Shown: in pieces, positions 35,224 through 48,780 of the stretch
Numbering within the stretch: the first letter of the stretch is position 1
How the letters are laid out: every line of letters begins with the position of its first letter
From: the human T2T-CHM13v2.0 reference genome, Homo sapiens
NCBI RefSeq assembly: GCF_009914755.1
Contig: NC_060925.1
DNA: 64,000 nucleotides
Strand: one strand, 5' to 3'
Program-made: the position numbers and the translations under genes
Notes under the pieces: model-generated
What the model saw: only the letters and a program-made list of their open reading frames with translations
Databases searched by the model: none
Told to the model about the DNA's origin: nothing

Positions 35224-36104
35224 GCACATGAACAGACACTTCTGAAAAGAAGACACACATGCAGCCAACAAGCATATGAAAAAAACCTCAACATCACTGA
35301 TCATGAGAGAAATGCAATTCAAAACCACAATAAGATACCATCTCACACCAGTCAGAATGGCTATTATCAAAAAGTAAAAAAGGAATAACAGATGCTGGTG
35401 AGGTTGTGGAGAAAAGGGAACACTTATACACTGTTGGTGGGAGTCTTAGTTTAACCACTGTAGAAAGCAGTATGGCGATTCCTCAAAGAGCAAAAAGCAA
35501 AACTACCATTCGACCCAGCAATCCCATTACTGTGTATATACCCGGAGGAATATAAATCATGCTACTATAAAGACATATGCACATGAATGTTCACTGCAGC
35601 ACTATTCACAATAGCAAAAGACATGGAATCAACCTAAAAGCCCATCAATGACAGACTGGATAAAGAAATCAAGTAAATGTGGTACATATACACAGGGAAT
35701 ACCATGCAGCCATAAAAAAGAACAAGATCATCATGTCTTGCAAAAACATGGATGGAGCTGGGAACCACTATCCTTAGCAAACTAATGCAGGAAGAGAAAA
35801 CCAAATACTGCATGTTCTCACTTAGAAGTTGTAGCTAAATGATAAGAACTTATGAACACAAAGAAGGAAAAAACAGACACAGGGGTCTACCTGAGAAGGG
35901 AGGGTGGAGGAGAGAGAGGAGCAGAAAAGATAACTATTGGGTACTGGGCTTAATACCTGAGTGATGAAATAATCTGTACAACTAACCCCTGTAACACGAG
36001 TTTACCTAATAAACCTTCACATGTCCCCAAACCTAAAAGTTTAAAAAAAGTATTAATCTACATTAAAAAATAAAAAATAATAAAAGAAAAGAAAAACTCA
36101 AAAA
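35224..36104 (+). mobile_element. L1PA13-15-like 3' fragment
   Basis: End of ORF2 plus 3' UTR (gagcagaaaagataactattgggtactgggcttaatacc). TSD AATCTGCTCACAAA at 35210-35223 / 36105-36118. Confidence 0.85.
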
Positions 36105-36829
36105 AATCTGCTCACAAATGTCAATGAGAAATTTCCAAATGAAATAGACAAGCAAAACATACAGAAAAACAAACATGCCATGCATGCTTCCCTCTACCAC
36201 CCCCCACTCCCAAATCTCCACATTTGGATTACTACTATCTTTGCTTTGCGGGCATGGACATGACTGGCTACTTCCCATCTTTCAAATACAGGAAAGCCTC
36301 AACTTTACCCTTCCCCCATCACACCACTTTGTTACTTCATTCAGAACTCTTATAGAATCTATAATTATCTTGTTCATTTATGTATTACTTCTTATTTTTA
36401 TATCTCCTCTAATACAGCCAAAATACATGAGGGCAGGGACCTTATCTATTTGTATAACTGCTCTATTACCAGTCCCTTAAATAGTGCCTCATATTTAATG
36501 AATAAATGAATGAATAGTACAGACAGCATTAGAAAATTTAGTTACTTAACACTTCTAGGAGTTTAGATTCCAGGTTAAATAGAAATTGAACACTATCTAT
36601 AAACTACGTTTGATTTCCAATATAAGCAATATAATTTTAAACTCATCTCTGAAGGTGAAAGGCATGCAATTTTGAGTTCCGAATCCAAATTCTTTTCCAT
36701 TTGACTACTAACTCCATTAATAAATTCCCAAATAAATCTAGTAAGTCTTTACATTGCATTTAAAATTCTCCTTCAAAGAAATTTCAAATCAACAAGGTAA
36801 ATTAATGAAAAATGTTGAGGTAGTTGACA

Positions 36830-37700
36830 CTTAGCAGGAAAAAGATGAATTCCTATTTCAATCTCTCATCAAAATAAATTATAGATCAAAGGCTAAAATA
36901 ATAAAAATAAAACCACAAAAATACTAGAAGAGCTTTAAAGAGACCGGATTTTATAGGTGAGAAAGGCATTTCTTAGCATAAGCCAGAACATTTATAAGAT
37001 GTAATTTTTAAAGCATCTATTAATACACAGCAAGTGATACCATAAACGCAGGAGGAAGAAAATGACAAACTGAAAAAATCTATTGTTTGTTATATATATA
37101 ACAAAGAATTAGTATCCACAATATGTAAATAATTCCTAAAATTAGTCAGAAAGAGACAAACTTAAAAAGAGGGTAACAAGGAGGGGAGCAAATTATGTAC
37201 ATAACCAGATGATTCGCAAAGACGGCAACAGAGATGGCCAGCAAAACAAACTAGATATATACTTGTCTATTAGATTTATCAACATTTTTTGCCTTTTTCA
37301 TTAAAAGCATTTGTAAAAGGATATAGGAAAAGAGGAACTCTCATATACTCCTGGCAGGGATGTAAATTGGTACAACCCTTTTGAAGGACAATCTGACAAA
37401 AGCAATCGTAAGTTACAAGTCAACATCTATGAATGTATATGAAAATATTTATATACATACATCACCACCATAAAAGCATTTTCTATACATACTGTTTATA
37501 ATTAGAAAATTGGAAACAAATGATTAAAAGGGGGCTGATTAAATTAAGGTTCATCTATATAACAGGATTATGCAGCTATTAAAAAGGACGTGGTAACTCT
37601 ATAGACATTCATAGGAAAATAAATTTTAAAATACTAAGATCCTGAATGATATATATATCATGAGCTATTATACATAACAAGATCCCACTTGTGTTATAAA
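36830..37700 (+). mobile_element. Old L1ME-type 3' fragment
   Basis: ggaactctcatatactcctggcagggatgtaaattggtacaacccttttgaaggacaatctg and related degenerate L1 sequence. Boundaries approximate. Confidence 0.6.
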
Positions 37701-37720
37701 AAATTATGTTTAGTCATTCA

Positions 37721-38167
<447 letters not shown>

Positions 38168-39829
38168 CTAAAAAATATATATGTATAAAACTTAACATGT
38201 TAATAGTGAACACACAAAACAGTAAGATAGATAAAATTATTCCTTCAAAGCTCACTTAACCTCTGGATCTACACTGTCCAAAAAGACGGTCTAATGAGAC
38301 AATTGAGCACTTGATAGGTGAGTGGTTCTAACTGAGATATGTTCTCAGTATAAAACATACAATAGGATCTTCCTATACAACATTAATTAAAAAACAAACT
38401 ATTGTAGTTAAAAAGGAAAAAATTAGAGATACTATGTAAAAAAGAGCCAAAATACCTTGTATTTTATTTGAAAGACATATCTCCATAAGATTACACAACC
38501 TCGTGTAGGATAAAGGACTTTGCTTTGCTTGGAATTTAAACAATTTAGGCTCTTAAATGTCCTAAAATTCTCTGTAGCTAAGAAATTTTTATATTGGTTC
38601 CTAGGAACTAGGAATCCTTAAATTAGGCCCTACATTTGCTTACAAGTTTATTTTCCTTGGCATAAAATTTTTTAGTTTTTACATTACTGGTTATATTTGA
38701 TCAGGGTTCTATTTAAATAGGCACAAGTTCAAGCAAAGATCAGATTCTGCTTTTAGCAGTGTGTACTCAGACAGGAAGTATTAAAAGGCAGGCAGAAAAT
38801 CCTTTATAAAATTACTACTTTCAATGCATTTTCCCACGTTGAAATGCTTCTGCAGTTTATAATTAGGCAAATTACTTTAATTATAATCAATAATGCTGTT
38901 CAAATTACTATAAGAATTATACAGATATTTATACCAAGAGACAATATACTAGAAACCAAGACTACGTGACCATTACCTCTACTCTGTCAGTGTTATTTGT
39001 GAGAAATTGCACAAATTTTGCAAAAAGTGTTAGTATCCTACTACAGTAGGATATAATATAGAAGGAAATAATTTCATAAAGCCTGTCTTTGGTACTAGTG
39101 CTCAGTTACTTTCATTAACTAAAAAAGGGGCTACTCTTCAAATTCCCTTCTCTAAAAAGAATGTACTATATCAAAAGGGGGTAAACACTACTACGTATAC
39201 ATTCTGCACTTAGAAATCCCTATATGTTGATTTTATCATTCTCTTATTCAATAAATATTGTTTCTACAATGTGTAAGGCATTACTGTACTAAAGCATTAT
39301 AAGGAATATAAGTTAAAAACACATACAAATCTTGCCAATCAACAGCTTATAGTGTAATAGGGGAGAGAAGCTGGCCCATCTATATTCTCCCTCAACTAGC
39401 AAGTGGATGAAATATCAGGGTCAATAGTTATAAGCCACAAAAGCTGACAGCTTAATTAAGAGAAGTTTTGAAATATGTATTTCATGACCAATAATTACAA
39501 CTGTAACTTTTCTATTTAAAGAAGGAGAAAATTTGAATTTCTTCTCTAGCTCAACATACACTTCTATAATTCCATTACATGAACCAGAGTAAAGGGTAAG
39601 ATGGAAATGAAGAATATTTTCTTACCCTTTTGTGGTTCTATATTGGACACTTAAAAATCATACACAACCTAATCAAAAGATGTAATTCTTTAAAAAGGTA
39701 CGAGACCAAAATTCAGAAAATCTAGACTATAACAAAATTTCTCAATTTACATTATCTTAATATGCAATTAATTTTCACCAGTAAAATACTATAGTATGGG
39801 TACAAATGCATTGATTAGTTCTAATTACA

Positions 39830-40090
39830 AAAATGGCTAATATATAATACTGTGTAGTGTTTATGATACATCAGATAATGTTCTAAGTGCTCTGAAAATA
39901 TAAACTTTTAATCTTTTATACGACCCTATAAAATAGGTGTTATTCTCACTGGAGAGATGAGAAAACAGGGGTTCAGAGATGTGAAGTAATTTGACCAAAG
40001 GTCACAAAGCTGAAGAATATGAAATCCGGGATTCTGATTCAGGCAGTCTTATTCCAGAATCATGCTCTTAACCACTATGGAATACTGCCT
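39830..40090 (-). mobile_element. MIR
   Basis: gagatgagaaaacaggggttcagagatgtgaagtaatttgaccaaaggtcacaaagc core. Confidence 0.7.
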
Positions 40091-40190
40091 CTACTGTAAC
40101 TATTATACCCAAAACCCTTAATCCTAAGTCATCAAAAGGAAGAGCCTCTATTTTACACAATGAAGAGGCATTTCTAAGAATAGAAATTTA

Positions 40191-40485
40191 GGGACGAGCA
40201 CAGTGGCTTACTCCTTTAATATCAGCACTTTGAGAGGCTGATATGGGAGGTTCACTTGAAGTCAGGAGTTCAAGGTCAGCTTGGGCAACATAGTGAAACA
40301 CAGTCTCTACAAAATATTTAAAAATTAGCTGGGTGTGGTGGCATGCATCTATAGTCTCAGCTACTTGGGAGACAGAGGGAGGAGGCTTGCTCGAGCCCAG
40401 GAGTTCGTGGCTATAGTGAGCTATGATCATGCCACTGCACTCCAGCCTGGACAACAGAGCAAGACCCTGTCTCTAAAAAAGAAAA
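40191..40485 (+). mobile_element. AluJ
   Basis: Diverged dimer, gagctatgatcatgccactgcac; TSD agaaattt. Confidence 0.88.
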
Positions 40486-40664
40486 GAAATTTGGAAATGG
40501 TTTATTTTGTATTAACAATTTATAATTTACACTGAAATTTATTATGATAAAACTTTTCCCTGTGTTAAAAAGCTATTAACTTTATGAAAAATTTCTTTTA
40601 GGTAAGGTTGATTATATATACCCACACACATACACAGGTTAAAAGTTAGTTTCATGTGACATAA

Positions 40665-40890
40665 TAACTAGCATTTTGAGCACTACCTGTTTGCCCAGCA
40701 CTGTTCTAAGTGCTCTACATGTATTATTGTTAAATTATCATAACACTATGAATTATGTACTATAATTACCCCAGCTTTACAGATGAGGAGACTAATCCAT
40801 GGGGAGGTTAAGTAACTTGTCCAAGGCCAGACAGCTAGAGCCGGCTTTTGGACCCACACCACAGTCTGACTCCAGCACCCATATTCTTAA
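40665..40890 (-). mobile_element. MIR
   Basis: tttacagatgaggagact...ggttaagtaacttgtccaaggccagacagcta. Confidence 0.75.
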
Positions 40891-41064
40891 CAATTTCACC
40901 ATATTAATATGTCAAGATTAAGCAGTTTTAAAGGATGCTATTTTCTCACAAATTTCTTAATATGAACACTCAATAAGAATAATCACTAATATAAGCATTT
41001 AGTATTTTTTTAACACTAAGTTGGAAGCATAGTGGAACATTTATTTTTAGAAATATTATTAATT

Positions 41065-41197
41065 GGCTGGGCTCACGCTTGTAATCGGCTGGGCTCATGC
41101 CTGTAAATTTTGGGAGGCCAAGGTAAAAGAATTGCTTGAGCCCAGTATTTCCAGACCAGCATGGGCAATACATTAAGACATCATCTTTAAAAAAAAA
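41065..41197 (+). mobile_element. FLAM-type Alu monomer with duplicated 5' end
   Basis: Left-arm only. TSD aaatRttattaat at 41051-41063 / 41196-41208. Confidence 0.75.
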
Positions 41198-41948
41198 ATG
41201 TTATTAATCTCCTCTTTTTGTTAAATGTATATTATCAAAATTGTTACTAAGCTAACAAACTTCAGAAAAACTTATGATGGGCAAGCTGCTTGTGACATTG
41301 AAGGTATTTAAGATTCAATTCTAGTTTGGTCCTAGATGACCACATATCCATTGTTCCTTCAACGAGCACATGGTAAAGAGCCTAGAACACAGAGACACAG
41401 AACACAGTGGAGAAAAGGGAGTGAAATGTCTTTAATGACACTTACTATATATGGGATTTTGTGACAATATACAAGGATGGTTAAGACATATAAGGTGATG
41501 CAAAAAAACATATTAACAATTATAGTGACAAAAAATGAGGAGCATATAATTATACATTGATTTATACAGAGTACCAGAGGAACACAGCATTGAGAGCCGT
41601 AACACCACCTGAGGGAGTGGAGAAAGGCTTCAGAGAGAAAGTGTTTTTTGGAATGGATCACTGTTTCCAAAAGAACTAAAGTACAGTTTGAGAAATGCAT
41701 ACTTAATTCATTACTTTTTTCCCCTCAACTTTAATAATAAATTTACCCAACAAAAAAGTTTATTTTTGACTTGTAAATCTCTTAAAATCATAAAAAAGTA
41801 AAATTAGCTTTTAAAAACAGGTAGTCACCATAGCATTGAATGTGTAGTTTATAATACAGCAAAGTTAAATACAATTTCAAATTACCTATTAAGTTAGTTG
41901 CTCATTTCTTTGATTTCATTTAGCATTGATCTAACTCAATGTGGAAGA

Positions 41949-41964
41949 AGGTTACATTCGTGCA
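41949..41964 (+). promoter_or_regulatory. DR4 nuclear-receptor element (LXRE) of the ANGPTL3 promoter
   Basis: AGGTTA-catt-CGTGCA: two hexamer half-sites spaced by 4 nt. ANGPTL3 is an established LXR target. Confidence 0.75.
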
Positions 41965-41975
41965 AGTTAACACGG

Positions 41976-41988
41976 CTTAATGATTAAC
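41976..41988. promoter_or_regulatory. HNF1 binding site
   Basis: CTTAATGATTAAC, 12/13 match to the HNF1 palindrome GTTAATNATTAAC. Confidence 0.85.
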
Positions 41989-42019
41989 TATGTTCACCTA
42001 CCAACCTTACCTTTTCTGG

Positions 42020-42026
42020 GCAAATA
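42020..42026 (-). promoter_or_regulatory. FOXA-like site
   Basis: GCAAATA (TATTTGC on the minus strand) fits the forkhead core TRTTTRY, just upstream of the TATA box. Confidence 0.45.
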
Positions 42027-42030
42027 TTGG

Positions 42031-42039
42031 TATATATAG
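42031..42039 (+). promoter_or_regulatory. TATA box of ANGPTL3
   Basis: TATATATAG ~80 nt upstream of the ATG, implying a TSS near 42060. Confidence 0.7.
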
Positions 42040-42111
42040 AGTTAAGAAGTCTAGGTCTGCTTCCAGAAGAAAACAGTTCCACGTTGCTTGAAATTGAAAA
42101 TCAAGATAAAA

Positions 42112-42606
42112 ATGTTCACAATTAAGCTCCTTCTTTTTATTGTTCCTCTAGTTATTTCCTCCAGAATTGATCAAGACAATTCATCATTTGATTCTCTATC
42201 TCCAGAGCCAAAATCAAGATTTGCTATGTTAGACGATGTAAAAATTTTAGCCAATGGCCTCCTTCAGTTGGGACATGGTCTTAAAGACTTTGTCCATAAG
42301 ACGAAGGGCCAAATTAATGACATATTTCAAAAACTCAACATATTTGATCAGTCTTTTTATGATCTATCGCTGCAAACCAGTGAAATCAAAGAAGAAGAAA
42401 AGGAACTGAGAAGAACTACATATAAACTACAAGTCAAAAATGAAGAGGTAAAGAATATGTCACTTGAACTCAACTCAAAACTTGAAAGCCTCCTAGAAGA
42501 AAAAATTCTACTTCAACAAAAAGTGAAATATTTAGAAGAGCAACTAACTAACTTAATTCAAAATCAACCTGAAACTCCAGAACACCCAGAAGTAACTTCA
42601 CTTAAA
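42112..42606 (+). CDS. ANGPTL3: ANGPTL3 exon 1 coding part (495 nt): signal peptide, LPL-inhibitory N-terminal region, coiled coil
   Basis: ATG at 42112 (A at -3). Translates MFTIKLLLFIVPLVISSRIDQDNSSFDSLSPEPKSRFAMLDDVKILANGLLQLGHGLKDFVHKTKGQINDIF...EVTSLK, which is human angiopoietin-like 3. Donor AAA|gtaagt. Confidence 0.99.
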
Positions 42607-43240
42607 GTAAGTAGAAAATAAAGAGGGTTCATGTTTATGTTTTCAATGTGGATCTTTTAAAAAAAATATTTCTAAGGCATGCCATTTGAAATACTTTGTT
42701 GCATTGTTGAAATACTTTTTTTTCCAAGAAAAATAATCTCCAGAAAATAAAATTTCCTATTATAATTTCAAGTTAGTTTTTTGTTTCCCTAATGTTATAT
42801 ATGAAAACACTGAAAATTTGCATTTTATATGAAAATTACAAATCGGTTAAATTATACAATCTAGAACACTATGTCATTACACTATTGTAAATTACTGAAG
42901 GTAAGTAAAAAGTTAAAAAAAATTTAAAACTATTCTCCAGTGTTTAAAACAGATTAAATAATACAGTAAATGGAAAAGATTTATTCATATGAAAATATGC
43001 TGGGCTTTTTCTTTTAATTGAAGTTCAGAAAATCAAATTTTAGAGATAGTACAATTTAAATAAAATGTTAAGGACAAAAATATGTGCTATTTGAAAGAAG
43101 CATACAAGGGGAAGGAATTGCCAATATTCATTTTTCAAATCCATTATTAGTTTAAAAATTTAGATTATGATAGTGTTACAGGAAATTAATAGAAAAGAAA
43201 GAGGAAAGCAACTTATAACCAACCTACTCTCTATATCCAG

Positions 43241-43351
43241 ACTTTTGTAGAAAAACAAGATAATAGCATCAAAGACCTTCTCCAGACCGTGGAAGACCAA
43301 TATAAACAATTAAACCAACAGCATAGTCAAATAAAAGAAATAGAAAATCAG
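43241..43351 (+). CDS. ANGPTL3: ANGPTL3 exon 2 (111 nt)
   Basis: atccag|ACTTTT...CAG|gtaagt. Translates TFVEKQDNSIKDLLQTVEDQYKQLNQQHSQIKEIENQ. Confidence 0.98.
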
Positions 43352-43659
43352 GTAAGTCAGTATTTTAATGGTATGTCCCATCTTTCACACAGGTCTGTAA
43401 AAACACTGAATCCTAAAATTATTTACAAGCTTTAACTGGATCATGAGTAAAATTATCACATCAGCATAACTGTTAAAATTGCAGGCTCTGAAGCTAATAA
43501 ACTACCTGCATTTAAACCATGGCTCTAAAACTTTGTGTGACCTTGAATAAATTACTTCACCCCTTTATCTCTCAGTTTCCTCACATATACTACAAAGATA
43601 ATAACAGAACTTATAGGATTATTGTAAGAAAAAAAATTAATTCATAGCAGCCAATGTCA

Positions 43660-44235
43660 TCTTACTAAAATTCAAATTAGATCATGTTTCTCTTTGCTCA
43701 AAACCACACAATAGCTTTCCATTTCACTCATATTGGCTCTTTAGACCAAGATTACCCAACCCTTCGTCATCTCACTGACTTCACCTCCTCTACTCTAGTT
43801 ATTCTGACCGCTTTACCAGTATTCAAACACATCAAACATACTGCCACCTCAAAGCCTTTGCCCTTGTTGTTTCCTCTAACTGGAACGCTCTTCTGCCCTG
43901 GTATCTACGTGGCCCACTCTCTGATTTCCCTTAGGGTCGTTATCAAACAAAAAATTCCCAATGAAGACTTACAAGGTCACTTAACCAAAAATCACAACCG
44001 CCTGGTCCCATCCCTGAAAACTTCTACTTCCTTAGCTACTTTTCTCCTGCACACTCACCTTTATTTAACATAACATAAATTTTAGTTATTTATCTCTTCT
44101 ATTCCTGCACTAAAATGTAAGCTCTGTGAATACAGGGATTTTTTCCATTATCTTCATATTTTCCATTATTTGTATATACTCCAGAATATAGAATACTGTA
44201 TGGCACACAGTAGGCATTTCTGTTGAATTAATAAA
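43660..44235 (+). mobile_element. L2a 3' fragment in ANGPTL3 intron 2
   Basis: Ends ...gaatactgtatggcacacagtaggcatttctgttgaattaataaat. Boundaries approximate. Confidence 0.7.
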
Positions 44236-45626
44236 TGTAATGTCATATTCACACAGAAGCGTGTGCTATGATTATTATTACTTGGATTACTAGAAATAGT
44301 GTGCCTCATAATTAAAGGTCAACATTCAACAATGTAATTAATCTACAATGTAAACATCTGGTGAAGTGACAGAGGGAAGCACTTGTTTAGAAAAAAGCTA
44401 TGTCAGAATCCATGTATTCTAATATGCAGTACAATAGTTTAAAAATATTAATAATACTCTCAAACAGCTATTCAAGAGGATTCAAAAAACATAATATAAA
44501 CTCAGAGAAACTGGTAAACAAAATCATTTTCAAGAGATATAAAACAAATATTATTACCAATTTCCACTAAACAAACATAATGTTAGTAGTGCTGCTAAAA
44601 GGTTTTTTATCAACTACTTTTGGTTTCCATACTTTCCTTCTTATGATGTTATTATTCTAAATTCTTTTCAATTATATCTTTTACTATGATTAAATGAACC
44701 TGCTCCCCAAAGCAAAATGTTACTATAGTAATATACATTGTGTCTAAAAATAAAAATGTGTGAAGAAACCAAAACAATGAATTTCTGAGTTGGAAGAAGA
44801 GTTAGATCATTTAACTTTCTCATATTTAAATTAAAAAAACAAAACTCTAAAAATTTAAGTAACTTTAAGATCACATAGTTACTTAGTAGAAAAGAGTAAT
44901 ACCCAGCAAGCAAACTTTACAATAGATCCTTTTAAATAAGGTCCTAGGAAATATCATTCATGCCAGCATCAAAAAACTAACACTAATAATGCAAGATATT
45001 ATATATTCTGCTTTTCTTACTGTCAATGAGAAAAACTATCATTCAATAAATTGCAAACCCAACACACTTAAATAAAAATAAAATGTTACTGCTAAACTAA
45101 CGATAAACTACTGAATATATAGAAAGTAAGCAAACAAACTTGCCAACCTGCCAACATCTACAGATATGTTTACAGGTCAAAAATTATCAAATTATCAAGA
45201 AAGCCTGGTTCAAATTATGTATTATGTCTTTATCACAGGTCTGAAGATCAGTAAGACCTAAAACTGAAAATTATTAAACTTAAAATCTGAACAGAATATC
45301 AAATATATTTTATTCATATAAATAAAAGAATACATTACAATATTCTAAGCAAAGCAGTCTCTACTTTTGGCCTTGCTCTGTTTTCCGACCAATGTCTGCT
45401 TTTTTGCCTTGCTTTATTTTTTTATCTTATTAAATAATGTCCCTGATTAAATATTTTGAGAACAGGTAATCTGTACAATCTGAATAACACTGTTTATCTA
45501 AATATCAAACACCGTTATAACATTATGAACTGAAAGACAAACTGTACTTCTGACATCCTTACTCAGATTTCCCCTAATTGTATATTCAGTATCATTTTAA
45601 AAAACAGATTTATATTCTTTTATCAG

Positions 45627-45741
45627 CTCAGAAGGACTAGTATTCAAGAACCCACAGAAATTTCTCTATCTTCCAAGCCAAGAGCACCAAGAACTACTCC
45701 CTTTCTTCAGTTGAATGAAATAAGAAATGTAAAACATGATG
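45627..45741 (+). CDS. ANGPTL3: ANGPTL3 exon 3 (115 nt), linker with RAPR/TT convertase site
   Basis: ttttatcag|CTCAGA...GATG|gtaaga. Translates LRRTSIQEPTEISLSSKPRAPRTTPFLQLNEIRNVKHD(G). Confidence 0.98.
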
Positions 45742-46313
45742 GTAAGACACTTTGGTGGGTTTCCTTCTTGAAGCTATTATTATCAAATTCCCTATTCTTA
45801 GGACTTGTTCTAGACTAAAAGATAGTTAAGAGATATCCATCAAATACAATGTATCAACCTAAACTGGATGCTGGGGTTCTTTTTACACCCTATAAAAGAC
45901 ATACCTAAGACAATCAGAGAAATACAAATATGGACTTGATTATTAGATAATATAGAAGGTTTATTAATTTTCTTAGATGTGATCATGGTATTGCAGTTTT
46001 AAAGGAGAACAATCTCCTGTTTAAGAGATACATGCTGAAATATTTACGGAGTTAAAGGTCACTGGACTCCAGACTGGTGATAGAACAAGACTCTGTCTCT
46101 AAAAAATAATTAATTTTTTAAAAGAAAATAGTTTGGTAAGATGATTCTTACATTCTTAAATAACACGCCATCTAAGAAAAATGCTTTAACATAAACATTA
46201 CTGAAAAAATGCTACATTTGCCACAACTTCATAAAATGTCAAGTGAAATCTCAAGCTCCAAAGATATTATTCCTATTACTAAATCTGATGTAATAACATT
46301 TTATTGATTCTAG

Positions 46314-46427
46314 GCATTCCTGCTGAATGTACCACCATTTATAACAGAGGTGAACATACAAGTGGCATGTATGCCATCAGACCCAGCAACTCTCAAGTTT
46401 TTCATGTCTACTGTGATGTTATATCAG
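46314..46427 (+). CDS. ANGPTL3: ANGPTL3 exon 4 (114 nt), start of fibrinogen-like domain
   Basis: ttctag|GCATTC...TCAG|gtaaaa. Translates IPAECTTIYNRGEHTSGMYAIRPSNSQVFHVYCDVIS. Confidence 0.98.
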
Positions 46428-46829
46428 GTAAAACCTGTCTAAGGAGAATAGACAGTAGTTAGTTCAACTTACTCATTACGTATTAGGAAGATTAACCTGG
46501 TTATCATTGTTTTATACATATATATATGAAATATATATGAGTATTCGTATAAATATAATACTTTTACCTTGTTTATGTATTTACTCAATATTCTCCTTTT
46601 CCTCTAAAATAATCTGAAGTGACTATTATCAATAAGTTTACTATGCCAAAATTCATTAATTGCCTTTCACTTAACTTTTGGGACCATAATAAATAATAAA
46701 ATGTATTGCCATAACATTAATAAACTACCTTACAAAACCACCAATTAAAATCAAACAAACAAAAAAGTGTTATTTACATCTGTCAACATAAATCTACTAA
46801 AAATACATGATTTCATTCATTATATTCAG

Positions 46830-46925
46830 GTAGTCCATGGACATTAATTCAACATCGAATAGATGGATCACAAAACTTCAATGAAACGTGGGAGAACTAC
46901 AAATATGGTTTTGGGAGGCTTGATG
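46830..46925 (+). CDS. ANGPTL3: ANGPTL3 exon 5 (96 nt)
   Basis: attcag|GTAGTC...GATG|gtaagg. Translates SPWTLIQHRIDGSQNFNETWENYKYGFGRLD. Confidence 0.98.
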
Positions 46926-48513
46926 GTAAGGGGACTACATTCAATCATTCATTCACTTGCTAATCTACAAATATTTACTGAGAACCTCTTATGGACCAGG
47001 TATTAGGAAAAGTAGTAACGAACGAGAAGCAGTCTCAGCCTTCATATAATTTATTATCAAACAATTACACATTTGTTAGTAAATTACACTTATTACAACT
47101 GTTATTATTTGAATTATATTTATCACAATTACATGTCTGTTCTTAAATATACTTATCACAATTTAATTCCACGGCTTACAATGATCATAACTATAATTAT
47201 TAAAGACAATTTTGATTAAATGTTATGTCATAAGTAGTAACTGTTACAAATAAGCTGTGAAAAGAACCACTCCTAGCATTAGTCACTCTATTCTCTCATT
47301 AACGTTTTACATATCAATTAATTGGAAGTTAAAAGGACCAGGAAACTCAGACATACAGTATACATTTTAAAATTTCAATTATTTAAATATAATATATAGA
47401 ATGTATGGCTTATAATGAATTAGTTAACTCAATGCAAATTATTCTATTTTGATTACAAATAGTAAAATAAGCAAGATAAAATAACAGATGTTTAAAATCC
47501 AAAAAGCACATACAAAAATCCATGAATGATGTCTAAGTACTCACTTATAAAGTAGAAGACATTCATTATTATATCAAATTTTTAAATGCTCAGTACTATT
47601 TGACCATTTAAAAATTTTGTATTCAAACTACCAGTGAAAGCCCTACCTAGAAGGTATACTCAGTGATAAGTTTTGTAGCTCCAAATCTTCTAATAGTGAG
47701 TGTAACCCCAAAATAAAAGGCTGACAGGTAAGTCGAGAATACTCACTTAATTCTGGTAAGAAAGCAACCCATTTGTACTTGTATTTACCAGCAATCCTTA
47801 AAATGAAGCTTCCTACTAACTCAATAGCAATAAGACAATAGTGAATGTTTAATGAAAACAGTATTTTATAAATACTTTAATAAAAAGGATTGTGATGAAG
47901 AACAATCTATTTATATTTGTTATTTGTTTTTAATTCCAATAAAAATAATTTTTAAAATTACAGAAAAAAGTTATTAAGAACCATGCTTTTAAATTTAAAA
48001 TGATTTTTTAAATTTATTCCTGTCTTTTTCCACAAAGAAAGCATACATTAAGCAAATACCAAAGGCCAGGTTTACATTTGAAGAAAGTGACATTATTATT
48101 ACTCAAGTCTCTAGGAATACTTAACACATCTCTTGACTGTATATGGATGTTAATAAATAGCTGACAGTAAAGTTTATCCATATAAAGACTTGCAAATATT
48201 CCTCTACCAATGACGAGACTTTAAAATATCTATAATAATGTAACACATTTCACTGGTGAAACATGTCTTGTCATATGCATTATAGAAAGGATAATCAGAC
48301 TTTCAGTTATATTAATATTTTTAACATTTTTGTGCACATAGCTATCTTCAATAAAATTGTTTTAAAAGGTATTATTTTAAGATACACTAAAATGATCAAG
48401 GGATTCAAGACTAAACAACTCAATTAGTTGCACCAATAAAAAACACTTAAAAAAACTGTCAGTGTCCAACCTGTACTTAATAACTCACAGATTTTTAAAA
48501 CTTTTCTTTTCAG

Positions 48514-48780
48514 GAGAATTTTGGTTGGGCCTAGAGAAGATATACTCCATAGTGAAGCAATCTAATTATGTTTTACGAATTGAGTTGGAAGACTGGAAAG
48601 ACAACAAACATTATATTGAATATTCTTTTTACTTGGGAAATCACGAAACCAACTATACGCTACATCTAGTTGCGATTACTGGCAATGTCCCCAATGCAAT
48701 CCCGGAAAACAAAGATTTGGTGTTTTCTACTTGGGATCACAAAGCAAAAGGACACTTCAACTGTCCAGAGGGTTATTCAG
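48514..48780 (+). CDS. ANGPTL3: ANGPTL3 exon 6 (267 nt)
   Basis: cttttcag|GAGAAT...TCAG|gtatct. Translates EFWLGLEKIYSIVKQSNYVLRIELEDW...FSTWDHKAKGHFNCPEGYS (fibrinogen EFWLG motif). Confidence 0.98.

Noticed and set aside
42088-42111. ORF-track N-terminal extension MKLKIKIK of ANGPTL3
   Set aside because: Starts at TTG in the 5' UTR. The ATG at 42112 has A at -3 and gives the known signal peptide and 460-aa length.
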